A stretch of DNA of 64,000 nt from Paraphysomonas bandaiensis (Eukaryota > Protista > Chrysophyceae), in NCBI GenBank assembly GCA_965644295.1, contig CBFFRP010000378.1:434001-498000 (forward strand), written 5' to 3'. The notes beneath the pieces are model-generated. The model ran no database searches. It was not told where the DNA came from and was given only the letters and a program-made list of their open reading frames with translations. Each line of letters starts with the position of its first letter. Positions within the stretch are counted from its first letter, which is position 1. Shown piece after piece: positions 36,719-49,990 of this stretch. Made by a program: the position numbers and the translations under genes.

Positions 36719-37783
36719 TTATTCCACTACCGAACAATGGTCAACAGGAATATAGAACTTCCTGTAGAACTTGCCATCCGAAAATTCCCTTGCTGCAGGG
36801 TGGGGGTTCGATTTACTTTTGTCTTCCACCAGCACGGTAACCCTTTTCTGAACTCTATTAACCCGTCCCTTGAACCGTTCGCCTTCAAATTCAAAAGCGA
36901 CGATTGCTCCAACTACTATACTTTTCTCAACGTAGGCCTGTTCATCAGTTGTTGGGAGATCATGCGTCCAGTCTGTCTGTCCAAACAGATTCCGAACCGC
37001 TCGTTGGAAGGTAGGTCCATGGTATGGCTCGCGTTGAAATCCCTCGGGTAGATTATCACGAACATAATTGCAGCAGAACAGCAAATGAATCATTTCATGC
37101 TGAACAATACTGAGTAGGCAATCCAATCTAGACCTGCACACTATTCCATTAACAGTGATACTTCTGTTAAAAGAAACAGGGGAAAACGCTTTAAAAAGAA
37201 GATGAGATGACACTCCTAATTCATGAACCAAAGGACAACGACTATCTGTTACCACCTGGCCTGCACGACTTGTCATTCGACTGGACGCTCGAAACAATAC
37301 CTTCCGCTTTTCGAGTTTCATCAATTTACTTAGCACACCAAACATTAAAGTGTCATCTATAATACGGTACACTTTCTCAATGTGATTTGCATCAATCGAA
37401 TGAAAATTTGGTGTCCCAAATACTTTAAGTGATCTAGATGAAACACTGTTTTGTAATGCCTCTAGTGTTTCCAAGTCTCTTGACGAGCGGTTGTGACGTA
37501 TGCAATCCATTAACTCCAAAATATGTGATTTAAAATCATTTCGATCTTCATGAGAATTGTTTTCTTTGTGTTTTTTATTTGAAGGGATCGTATCTGATAT
37601 ATATGAAGAATGAGACCGTTCAGCAGGGATTGTACGAGAGGAATGAGATCGTTCAATAGTTCTATGGGGATTTCCACTGATGTGATGTGTGTACTCACAT
37701 TCATCATCACTAATAACTATAACTCTCTTGCGTTTATTTCTCTTATGATCATTTGAATAAGTATAAGAAGGATCACTTTGCAT
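36719..37783 (-). CDS. SprT-like zinc metalloprotease, intronless
   Basis: SSRMTSRAG, QHEMIHLL (HExxH), HGPTFQ and C-terminal GRVNRVQKRVTVLVE..FSDGKFYRKFYIP. ATG chosen at 37783. Confidence 0.8.
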   Translation of the reverse strand: MQSDPSYTYSNDHKRNKRKRVIVISDDECEYTHHISGNPHRTIERSHSSRTIPAERSHSSYISDTIPSNKKHKENNSHEDRNDFKSHILELMDCIRHNRSSRDLETLEALQNSVSSRSLKVFGTPNFHSIDANHIEKVYRIIDDTLMFGVLSKLMKLEKRKVLFRASSRMTSRAGQVVTDSRCPLVHELGVSSHLLFKAFSPVSFNRSITVNGIVCRSRLDCLLSIVQHEMIHLLFCCNYVRDNLPEGFQREPYHGPTFQRAVRNLFGQTDWTHDLPTTDEQAYVEKSIVVGAIVAFEFEGERFKGRVNRVQKRVTVLVEDKSKSNPHPAAREFSDGKFYRKFYIPVDHCSVVE

Positions 37784-38069
37784 GATGGAATATATATAGA
37801 TGGGTCGAGGAGGAGTGAATGAGTTGAGTTCTTGAGGTGCAGTGGAATAGAAGCAAATCACACTATAGGCAGAATTAGCTACATGTGGGGAGGTACTCTG
37901 CTGTACATATGTACACACCAGTTGCTACTGTTGTACTTTGTGTACAACACGATCTTTGTGGAGGTATACAGTCAGTATAACGGTATACCAAGAGTGGATG
38001 TGCGTTGTGATGGTTTTACGGCCTTCATATCGGCATCACACCATTTGTATATTTTTGTTCAAAGATGCC

Positions 38070-38165
38070 TCTAAAATTGAGAGAACAATTATCTGTATTC
38101 TCTCCGTAATTGTACTGCAATAATATAGAAGAATTTTGCTTCAATTTATTTCCGAAAAATAAGAA
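38070..38165. repeat. Dispersed repeat family B (second copy at 44191-44286)
   Basis: ctctaa.attgaga.aacaattatctgtattct...taatataga...tccgaaaaataaga is found at both sites. Confidence 0.8.
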
Positions 38166-39484
38166 CGTTGTTACGCTGTCATTGTACAGTATCATGATCA
38201 TGTCGTTTGAAAACACCTCAAAACAGAAAGATTGTAAGGAAGGTATATATATATATGTTCTTGGTACATGGGTTTATATGATCATGTTTTATATATCTTT
38301 CCTTTTTTGTATGGCTTTTGTCGTCCTGTGTGTGTTAACTCATCAACAACAAAGTATCACAACATGGTGTTCATATAAACCCAATTACCTTTTAAATCTT
38401 AGATATCACTATTCCTCGGCTCTTACAGTCTTTCCCTTTTGAGGTGTAGTAGAGTATTTTTTTTAGTTTCAAAGGTAATTATTATTGTGGTTAATTTTAT
38501 AGACAGAATATAAGGATTAGGTCTCAGTAGTACTGTAGGTATATACTCATTATTATTTCAAGTATTTCTGAAGAACTAAATTTTCATATTATAACACTTT
38601 CTTCTCTATGTAAATATCTGCATTGCAAGAGCAATATTATAGATTGCATGATGCTGAACAGAAGAATATGTTGTATGAATACTTTATGCGTCAGAAACTC
38701 ATTAAGATTGAGTATATACCTACTCATAGCAAGAGGGTGTCCCAATGTTCTACATTTCTATCCCATAAATGATGGAATAAAGTGATATGCCAGACGATGT
38801 AGTCAAACAGGTCAAACATATCATGCGTCGCGAGAGAATTAAAATGTGGAACCACTCACCACGTGTCACGGCCACATCACAGATGAGCAATCATGCGAAC
38901 ATTGTTTAGTTTACGAAATGTCAACAGTACTCACCGTTTAGAAATATCGAGTTGATTTAGTACCCTTTGTAAATGTCCTCAGCGACATCTTTTCGGAAGG
39001 AAAGTATATAGTATAGTATATCGTCAAGTTCTACACCACATTTATTATTGCTTTTTAATAAAACTCAAGCAACCCGCCTATGTTGATATTACAGAGCACA
39101 CAGAAATAACACTTTATGACGAACGTATACAACTGCAGTATTCATAGTGTCCTCATCCATAGCCATTAGATATGGGAATTGACTTAACCGTATGTTTATT
39201 ATATGCTGGTCTTGTGTAAACTAAATACGTGGAGTAATAGAGCAAAAAAATATAATATGCAAGCTGCAATATAACACAACATTCTAGCTATGCTTAGGTA
39301 CATTGTAATGTTCGATATATTAGAGCTATGCTTCCGCCATTACTGTACACCAGTTTGTTGGCTCTCTTATGGGTAAAAATATGTATAAGGAGTACTATTT
39401 GCTTCAATTATCCTGTCACAGACCCCTACTTCTAACTTCTAAGTGCTGGGTATACGGTATACACACCGAATGAGAAGATCGTCT

Positions 39485-40536
39485 TCATGAAGTCGAACTC
39501 GATCGCTTACATACGGTTAAAACCTTTTAGACAAATTTGAAGTTGCAAAGGTTTCTAATTTTGATACTTCCTACAGTTGCATTATGATGCCACATAACCA
39601 CCAGCTCTGTTCTAGTTACTTCATGTACCCGGAGAACAGTGCCTTCCAGTCTCCTCCGGTTTTTTGATGCTATGCGCTTTCCCACGTAGTGCTGTAGCAT
39701 GGCCTCGACGTCTGCAGTCAGATTTAAGAAGCTAAGCTGACAACTATTTAACTCTGATGTATGAGTATCACATAGCGCTGTTATATTCTCCTCGTGGCGC
39801 CGAATAACACAATTGATCAGAGTGGCGAGACACGTAGGAGAATATAGATGCCTACAAGAACTGAACAGTGCCTCGTCCGCAAGCAAGTTTGGGTTCCTAA
39901 ATAGATCACATTAGATCAAATACAACTTACTAAACAAACATACCTTATGCACCACTCACTTATGTCCGCAGGGAGTGCATTACACGGGTCACCCAGCATA
40001 TGTAGAACTGCAATGGCGTCCCAGATAGAGACCTCCAGCCCATTCTGCACCCCAGCAGTCGTTGCACTCGTTCCGAAAGTATTTTCTTGAACATGTCGTA
40101 AAACTTCGGTCATATGAGAGACAATAGTATCGCATAGCTGTCCGATACGCATGAACTTTGCAGTGCGGGCAAGTTGTAGAAGAGAACATTCAGGGAATAT
40201 CAAATCAGAAGAATCGGAGTGCATGTACACCAATGCAGCAACCACATTGCATGATTCTTCTTCCTTGAGTTCAAGAACAAACTCAGTGCAATCATCTTCA
40301 TTCTCATAGTCAACAGATTCCATCTTTTCAGCAAGCAATTTCGAGTGACGATGTCCATCTATTATAAGGAGATTGTCAGGATATCAATACTAAGAAATAT
40401 ACTTACACAAACACTGGTATTCGCTTGCGACAATGTTGATTATATCCTGAGTCCTTGTGAGGCGTATATGTAAACATTGATTAGTTTTAGTTTTAATGGG
40501 AACTAGCCATAAAATATTATCACTTTCCTTCTCCAT
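39485..40536 (-). CDS. BTB/POZ-domain protein, multi-exon
   Basis: HSKLLAEKM...LELKEEESCNVVAALVYMHS...LLQLARTAKFMRIGQLCDTI is a BTB pattern. The ends are approximate. Confidence 0.6.
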
Positions 40537-40974
40537 TGCCAGGGTGATGATATGAAGGAATCATTGATATTAATGAAATAAATGAGATGTAAAATAATCA
40601 TATGTCAAGAGTGCTGCACTTTAGTCTGCAAGTTATAAGTATGGTGTCCACTGTAACACTGTACTGTTATAAACACAGTCATGTCAATGTCTATGTGTTG
40701 TGTATATAGCTACTCTGTACCTTATCCAATCAGATCTCATTTTTTAATCAATGAGCCAATATTATCGTAATATATAGTAATACGATCTTTCTATTGGATA
40801 ACACGTTTCACTTTTACAACAAGAACAGTATTTCAATATAGCAGAATCCCATTCTGTAATAGTCTCACATATATGCATGATATCCATATGTAACACACAC
40901 ATCATAGGCATCGACCATGATAGTGTATTATACATTCCCTTTATATCCTTACTATTAATATATAAGCTAACACA

Positions 40975-41501
40975 ATGAGTGATTATCATCAGAGCAGTGA
41001 TATCGAATCATTAGTGAATACTTTTACTAAACAAAGTCAAAATCTTCGAAATTTAGAAATTGAGTGTGATTTATTAGAAATTGAAATCGCCCAAAAAGAC
41101 GATAAAGTTCATTCTTTACATAAAGAAAACCAAAAGATTAGTGCTGCGAATGATGATCTTTTGGAAAGGTTTTCATGTAACTGATCTTGACATTATATAA
41201 CCGTTCGAAAACAAGGATTGAAGTGCATCAAGAAACTCAAAATTGTATTGAGAAAGAACTCGCTAGCACACAATCTTCGAAGACAAAAATGATGATGACA
41301 ATGCAAGCCATGCAGTCTAAGGTTGAGTCTCTGAAGGAAGAACAGGACGCGGAAAGGAATAAGATACTCGAAATGATTACTCAGACTCAAGAAAAAATCA
41401 AATATGAAGATCACATGCGGAATGAGATGATGAAGTTGGGTGTGGTATCTTACTTTCACAGTATATGCTCTGAAATAAAAGAGGAATCAAGTCCAGTATA
41501 A
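40975..41501 (+). CDS. Small coiled-coil protein
   Basis: E/K/Q-rich heptad sequence across ORFs 40975 and 41187. The exon structure and 3' end are uncertain. Confidence 0.5.
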
Positions 41502-41945
41502 ATATTTATCATCATTTCTCTGTGTGATATTTCCCCCGCCATCACATGGCTTTCTGTTACGATGTTACTTCATGGGGATACGATTTGTTATACGAGGTTA
41601 TCATATTTAGCTTCTCTGCGAATTATTTTGCTTTTATACTTTACGCGCAAAGTTTTAAATAAAATATAGGAGACATTTTTTGAATATGAGCTTCTTTTAG
41701 GCATAGTTCATAGTTTATCGTTCATATTGAGTGAAATGAATACGACAAGGGTGTGATACGTTTTGGAATTACCTATGCTATAGGACGAAGAAAGAATGTG
41801 ACCTACTATACATAAACTATTATATACACAGTACTGCAACATCACATAAGCATCGGTAAATTGAGGTTTGTAGAAGATTGTTGTTACTTATATGCACAGC
41901 TTGTATATTCTAATACAAATAATCAGACACTTATCATATCGCTAA

Positions 41946-43515
41946 TCAATCCTTCTTCGCTTTGAAAGACCATTTATCTTTGCTTACATCTGTCACATAC
42001 AACGGGGTCCAGTGTAGCTTGGAGGGGTCTACCAAAAGTCCTTTCACTGGATATTTTTCCATAAGTTCGTCTATGAGGTTGGGTGGGGCATAAATTATGT
42101 ATGTCCCGCTGATGTTACGCAGAAGGTTGAGATGCTGCAAAGTTGAGATGATATCCTCTGAAACGATAGAGGTGAGCTTCGACAGGTCCATTATTGATAG
42201 GCTTGAACTCGTGAAGTGTTTCAGGATAGTAAGTATAGTACTCGCCCAATATGATCGGTAACTAACAGCGCCAAGATCAGACAGAGGTTTCTCTGGAGAC
42301 CCTACCTTCTCCTCCTTCTTCGATAGCTCGTAGCTGAAAGCGATAAGGAATCGCCCATAGCCCTTCCTTTGCGCGAAAGGGAAGGTGAGGATACAAGCAA
42401 GGTTAAACCCTAAATCAGAAAACCTACGTAGCAGACACCGATTACAAGTATTCCTACATATTGCCCAAGGGACTTACTTTTCCTTGCTAAAGTAGCCCAC
42501 AGGGTGGTAACCCTTCTCATCTCGAGAGCAGAGAACATAGAAGAGAAAAGGATCAACGTCATAGTAGAGCGTCTTGTGATCAAGAAACAGCTTTGCGAAG
42601 TATGACAGGTTTTGGCAATAGTACCGCTCTACAGCCCCATCTACTTCGAACATAGATACTTCGGAGTCGCGGTATATTTCGTTTCCAGGGGGGCAGCGCA
42701 TAAGCTGTGATTTCTGCTGGTACCATACTAGCTCCTCTTTATGCCGGAAAAAGCGGAATGAAAATTCACAAAAGTACAGAAACTCAACCGGGCCATCTGG
42801 GTAGAATTCCTTTGGGAATGGGGAGTAGTACCAGCATTCGATGACGTGCCGACCGAACTGCACGTTGCGGATATTTTTGACCTTCGTGATCTCTTCGTGC
42901 TCCTGAAGCTGGTGTTCGTCCATTCCCTCATGTTCATCGTGCTCATTGTCGTGCACTGTGGTCACACCCATGTCCATATGATGGCCTGATCCATCATTGT
43001 CGTTATCAATAACAGACATTGAGGTCTCCGACTGTAGCTCCTCCACTGTCTCGGACCTCTCTTCTCCCTCTCCAGTACGACGACGCTTCAACAGTGGTTC
43101 CGTGCCCACGCCCCCAGAATTAAGAGTTGTACTGTTATCTAAAAACTTTCTACGTTCCTTCATGATCACATTTGCTTCGGAGGGTAACTTTTCGATCCGC
43201 GAGGCATTAACCCACTCGTCCATACGCCGGTTGAAATCCTCATAGTGAACATAGTACTGTGCTTCGGATGCATCTTCTTTATTATTCGATTCTATGATCT
43301 AAAAATACATAAATATTAACAGTGTGACACTCAATATATCTTTTTATTACCTTAGCTAAACGATGCGAATTATCGCGATATCTAACAACCAAAAAATGCC
43401 CTTTTCGAAGTGGATGTTCATCTATATTCCTCGTAATAGTTTCAGTCTCTTCAACGGGTGCTGGGGCAGCTTTCTTTTTCGATTTCTGATTCTTTTTCTT
43501 CTTCGGTTGTGTCAT
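41946..43515 (-). CDS. MYST-family histone acetyltransferase (MOF/Esa1/HAM type) with Tudor-knot
   Basis: YYVHYEDFNRRMDEWV, HEEITKVKNI, WYYSPFP, PPGNEIYR, YCQNLSYFAKLFLDHKTLYYDVDPFLFY, QRKGYG and GSPEKPLSDLG. Confidence 0.97.
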
Positions 43516-43920
43516 ATTAATATATATTTACTGTTAATTCTTTTAATTAATGAAATAATTAACTAAATGACTAATAAGATGGATTTAAAACAGAGGTAAA
43601 TGATTAAAAAAAACTGTATTGGAATATGCACGTTCAAAGGGGTTGGATATTAATGCACCCACAGTAGTGATGCAACGTCACTGTGTTAAAATGCATTCGT
43701 GTAATGCATTTAATTAATTTCAAAGTATTGAAACAAAACAACAGCACAGTACACAATATATACATACATGTATATAGTATGGACATTTTTAGAGGCATTG
43801 TGATAAAACATGTAAAATATTTTACGTAAAATTAATTATTATATCAAAAAAGTGTTGTTTTGTGGAATACGCAATATGGAATACCGACACTGTACAACAG
43901 GAACGAAGTACATACAACAA

Positions 43921-44100
43921 GGAGACTTTTTTCGACAGAGCGGACCAGTCTGGTCCCACTTCATTTTTTTGTATTGTGTTTTTTCGTATGGAATGTGAGT
44001 GTAGAGCTTTGAAATTGTAGTCAAAATGAGTACAATTTTTTTATTTCGAGTGGGACCAAATAAAGTGGAGGGCTGGTCCACTTTGTCAAAAAACGTCTCC
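43921..44100. mobile_element. MITE-like inverted-repeat element
   Basis: ggagacttttttcgacagagcggaccag pairs with ctggtccactttgtcaaaaaacgtctcc, and inner ggtcccact pairs with agtgggacc. Confidence 0.6.
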
Positions 44101-44542
44101 AAGTGAGAAAGTGGCCCAAAATCCTGTAGTTTTATCAAGAAAACTCTGTTTCTACTCTAACGGTATGCGTATCGGCATCCTTCGTATATTCTCTAATATT
44201 GAGACAACAATTATCTGTATTCTAGCCGTAGTTGTATATCAGTAATATAGAGGATTGTTGCTTCATTATATATCCGAAAAATAAGATGTACAGATATACG
44301 GTATACTGCTGTGTGAACTCACTCTACGACGCGACGAACTGCTGTACATACCGTTTCATGTGTACATTATATATATAAATGAGCTTCCTGAAGTATGCAA
44401 CACCTACACGACTAAGATCATCACACCAAAAGAATCAATAGTATTTCTTCTATCCAGTGAATGCATAGGATGCCCACGGGGCCTGAAACATTGTAACAGT
44501 GCTGATAGAAAGTCGAATCCTCGAGCTGAAAAAGATAAACAC

Positions 44543-46724
44543 ATGCAAATTGAAAACAACAGAAATGTACACCATGTCGCCACCATGTGGGACCATCCAC
44601 CTAACCAGTCTATCACATTAGTGCTACCGGATACATTACGGCCAAAATTCTATTTACCAGATAAATGTGGAAAACGACAGCGTAATGCAGCGAAAGAGAT
44701 GCGGGATATGGAACGACACAAGTTTTTGAGTCAAAAAAATATAACAACAACCAAAAAACAAGGAAAGAAGGGGAAAGTGAAATCTGTATGTAGTGGCAAA
44801 AGGTCCTTGAATATAAATAAAGTGGAGAGGTAATGAAGTAATATGATATCTCGTAAGTGTAATATCCATTGATAGAGATGTCGAAGAAAGATTATTAAAG
44901 CCACTTCGTCGAAATAATGCGGCTATGAACGCATTTATGGAAAGGGTAAAGCGAATTAAAATGGGACGAAAGCAACAAAACATTAAATGCATGGTAGTTA
45001 TCACAATGAATTGGTTGAGCATGACAGTGTCTGTCAGGCCCTCTCTCCACCAGCTGTTCATACGTTGGAGAACACAAACCCCACATTTTCTGAATGCGAG
45101 ATGGGAGCTCAGATATCTGAATTTAGTGATGACACGTTTTTAGAACAACCATCTTCCGCCAGGCCCTTGTTGATTAGAGTAGGTTGTTTGCCATGCTATA
45201 TTATGGTTAATTGACTCCCATGTAGGCACAATCCAACGTATCTAACAACAGAAATCTCGCGGCATCTCATTGGCTTACTATGATAGCGATCATTCAACGG
45301 CATCTTCATCTAAATGGTGTCCTTCTTGATCGTCGCATTCAATTCCAGCGGGAACAGGTCCAGTGAGTACTGATGTACTTCTTGTATTAAGTTCTTAAGA
45401 TATTTGTATTTCAGATTGAATGGGGCGTTGACCATTCAGAGGATGTGGCGGAAATCTGAGTACGCCCAGAATATGTCGGTGTTGGTCAAGCACTTTCTAA
45501 ATTCTCAGGGTCGTAGTCATGGACGCGCAATTTATCGAGCTCGACAAGACGCTGCCGATGTCTTGATAAACTACTTGTCCACAAACAACAATTTCAAATC
45601 CACTATGCGGGCGTTTTACAAGTTCGTAGTATATATTCTATACCCGCATACCTGAAATGTGTTATTCATAGGAAAGTAATATACTGTCAGAAAATGATCC
45701 GCGTGCACCAAAGGGTCTCGGCTGTTCGTAGGGATCTTTTGGGGAAAGTCTTTGATCGTGCCCTATCGTTGATTTTATACCACATTGGACATATACTCTC
45801 AGGCAAGTCTTCACGCAACCTAGATGTGAGCCCAATGGACAAGCTTCTCCACCACAATGATCCCTTGGTCGTTCGCAACATTCTAACATCAGATTTTCGG
45901 AACCATCTACAGTACCTTAGCAGCAATAATTCGAACATTACTCAAGCGTTTAGAGTAGCCCACCGAGAGTTCGTCAGTGGAAAATGGGCCCCACAATCTA
46001 AAGAGAGAGAAAGAGCTATCAGAGAGCTTCTTAAAATATCACGACGACGACATAAAGTGACCATTCAGATTGAGTACAATAGAAGGTGGAGTGCTGTCTG
46101 ATGCTTTGTTCTGATTAATGTTTTATCGTTAGTTTGCGCGTACCAAATGTGTCTGAGGAAGAGGTTTTAGCGTACATTCATGGGGGAGAGGACCCACTAA
46201 GCTACCATATAGAAAAGCTTGACGAAGTTTATAGACTTCCGGGTAAACATCTTAGACGCCACATCATTCCACCGCCGATGCTCATGCTTCGCCCACTGAC
46301 TAGTTTGGATCTTCTGCAAGCAGTTGTCAGTGTAGTATTACGAGAGTATGATATCAAAAGAGACCGTGTAAAGGCATCTATGGAGAATGCTCACAAACAA
46401 CGCATGAAGGCTGAGGCCATATTGGCGGGAAACATACGTAGTAGCAACACCAAAGGCATAGGTATCAATAGGACGGTCTCTACCATCACTGGTGATGAGC
46501 TTACCCGGGCAGCAAGCCCTACTTTGACACGAAACTTCGAGAGAAGTGTCACTATGGACAGTGACCCCGCAACCCAGCAAAGAGTTAGGGATTCGATTGT
46601 TTGTCATCCTGAAGTCACGATTCGAGAGACGGTCATTCCTTCCACCCCACCATTGTCTATTAAGCCATCTTCCAAACCACCTCAATCACGACGACTTTTT
46701 GTTACGGAATTTCTCCAAATCTAG
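44543..46724 (+). CDS. Hypothetical IQ-motif-containing protein, multi-exon
   Basis: IQ-like ALTIQRMWRK. Consecutive ORF pieces are joined by short GT-AG introns. The start is uncertain. Confidence 0.55.
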
Positions 46725-47459
46725 AACATATCTTGTATTGTTGCATTTTACGAGAGCACAATAGTTGTGCGTGTAGTTTTATGTTCATGTAGCACATCTG
46801 TAAACAGCTAACCTGTTTACAGGTAGGTTCTCGTTTAGCGGTATACCATGTTTTATTCATACTTTTGCTTGTGTAGCAACAAATAATTGTAAGTCATGAT
46901 TTCACACTTTCAATATTAATGATTAATGATATATGATCAGTAGAATTAGAAACTATACAATAATATGCCATAATAGAAATTTAGAGTAAGACGAGGAGAG
47001 GAAGGAGGCTCAGTGTTTCAATCATAAAACTTACTACTAATTAAGAAATCCAAACAAGCACCCTTATAGCAGGTTTATAAAAATATGTGGTTTATATGAA
47101 TATATGGATGAACATTAACTATAATAATATAAATGTAGATAGTTGAAGAGGATAAGTAGTGTAGTTAGTAGTCTTAGATAGATAAGATGAAATGAAAATC
47201 ATTTTCATCTGTTTGAGTCAGGTTTCTTGCACAAAACTTCAAGAAACCACACCGATGTTCACAACGTATCAACGTATCAATGAGCAAGCCAATTAATTTA
47301 TTTTCTACAGACTAAGGCATCTACTCCTTGTAGTCAGATTATCATAGCTTTACGAGTAATTTACTGCTTAGATTTCATCCAAATTAAAATTGTTTTGTGA
47401 TATTGTTGTAATATATTTCAATATATTGCATGTGCTTTTCTAGATATAAATTTAGTTAT

Positions 47460-48530
47460 ATTTAACCACGGGCAATAAGGAGGCTATATCGTCCCGCGCT
47501 CAAAATTTTGAAACGAGGGCAAAAAGCCCGAGTTTTAAAATTTAGACAAGGGACGATACTCCTTATCCCTAGGTTAAATTGTAGCTTATCCTCATGACGT
47601 TGAAAAGTTAATATTAGATTGTATAGCTATTTGTAGCATGCTTGCTGTATTAAGAAATAGATGTTCCTTGATTAAATTAATAACACAAATGAGAACTCAT
47701 ATAGTTTCAAATGAATGATATGTATACTGTAAGTGTGATGATAAATGTAAACAGTTGAAGATGACAGAGAGGCTTCTTATTGCCTTAATTAGCATCATCA
47801 TCACATTTATATACAGCAGGTTTACCTCTGCAAGTGCACCTTATCGAAGGATGTGTGTATGATATGAGACACACAATATCCTGAGAAGCATGATATGGCT
47901 CCAACCCTGAAAGAACTGGGTGCCACTGCTCCTAACCACCTATATAGCATCAGATATGGTAAACTCTCCTGTAATATTCTTGAAGTTGTTTCGAAGTCCT
48001 GGATATGAAGACAGATCACTTGCACTGACATCGTTGTGATCTTCTACAGCAGTCGAAAGATGGAATATAACCTGGAGTGTTAGATGATCTGCTCTTGATA
48101 TTTGGCTCATGATTGTGGTTTCTCTATAATTGTGTACTATAATAAAATCACGTACATTCGACTGTCATTATCATAATGAAGATAGAAGGGAGCTTCTGTT
48201 CAACCGAATATTGAAGTTGAATGTCTATATTTGCCCGGTGCTGATATGAGCCCAAATCAGGTCAAAAAAAAGCATTTTTTGAGACAAAATGGGGATAAAA
48301 ATATATGCTATCAACCATTGATATTGTGACACTAGGGTCTCTAAGTCTGATTCATCTAGACCAAATGCAACACCAATAGCTCTTATTTGATCTTCACTAG
48401 CATTGGCAATTGAAGGATCATGTCCTCCTAGTATTAATCTTGAGGTCCTTCTTACTGACTCCAAATTAGAAGTAGGATCTTGTACTCTATCAATCACCTC
48501 CTCATCCATAATCCATAGTAATAATCAATA
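47460..48530 (-). mobile_element. Probable Crypton (tyrosine-recombinase transposon) remnant with ~120-nt terminal hairpin
   Basis: A hairpin at 47460-47579 is centred on gagggc-aaaaa-gcccgag. A minus-strand fragment APSSFRVGAIS resembles YR box II. 48055-48310 is repeated at 56199-56468. Confidence 0.5.
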
Positions 48531-49990
48531 TAATTGAATAACAATAAATAAGTCTACAACTACAATACTATCTACAAGCAACTTCCAGAGTGAATACTTA
48601 TTTTATTATCAATAATTCATATATGTCTACCTACGATTCCGTGATCAATGGAATGACCATCATTCATATTTAATACCATACACATCAATCTAATATAGTG
48701 AATCACAATAACTCATCATCAATGTATACGGGATGATACATTCAGGATTCTCATTGTAGTTGAACCTTGTATACGTACTTCCAAGCACAGTCAATAAACA
48801 ATAAGCACTGAAAGAACTACGTAAAGTACAACTATATTACTGGATAATCTGGCAATACACGTCTATCAGCGTGGATATCAAAGCAACCCGGAATTCTTCA
48901 GTAAACTTCTCCAGCCTTAAGCATCAATATATATATAATGTAAGCAACTGAACTCTAACATCACACTATATTCAATTCATTAAAAAAATATGATAACCAC
49001 TTTCAATATTAATCGCAACTTGCTAAACTGATTAGCTGCACGATTACCAACCAATAGATAGTTTTCATAGACAGTCATAAACTTCATAGCACTTCATTAA
49101 ATTCGTATAGTACTTCATTTGACCACTGTATTCTTCACCAACAGTTAAAATTCAAAAACCGTAAACTGTAGCAATAACTCAGAGCAAAACTTAACGCTCC
49201 CTCGCACCACGAGACAAAAAAACTTACGCAACCACCAAAAATTACAGCTAGTGGATGTAAGACTCTGAAATTACAGCCAGTTTCACCACATTCATCACTC
49301 TTACGCCGTTACACGCCATATTATCTACTTACTTCCTTCGACCTTTTCTGCTTCTCATCCAGACAGGAGGGCCCCTTTATGGTTCCTTCATATGCTTCAG
49401 ATGACACCACCATCACTACCCCCCCCTCTTTGTGTCCTTCACATCTTCATCAATACAACACCCATACAGCCACTACAGGAGGTGCCACCCAAAGGAAGTC
49501 CCCCTGTCGGAACAGTTGTACTATGGTGGTTGTAGCAACATAAAACCAGTCACATAGTGGTACATGAAAGTTACATATATAAAAGTAAAAAATCTTGAGC
49601 CGACATACGATGCGTAAGATATGAATGCATGTGTATCTGTAGAGGTCGCATTGAGTGCATAGACACTGGTATTCATTGTATATAATCAGTCTGTATATAT
49701 CACAAGGCAATAAAATCCTACCTTTTTCGAAAAATCTCAAATGATATGCAGTAAAACCCATCACACAGAGCTCAAAAATAAATCAAAAATTTGATCATGG
49801 AATGTATTTTTGTGCCCTTCGTTGTGCCCAATGATTTGTCACGAAGGTTTGTTACACCCATGCGTATGTTGCTATATTGGTATACTGGACCGTCCCAGTG
49901 GTACGACGATAACATAATATAGTTCCAATAAGAGTTAGTATATAATATAGTCATTGGATAGCAGTGCTGTTGCCTGGATACATATCGCAT

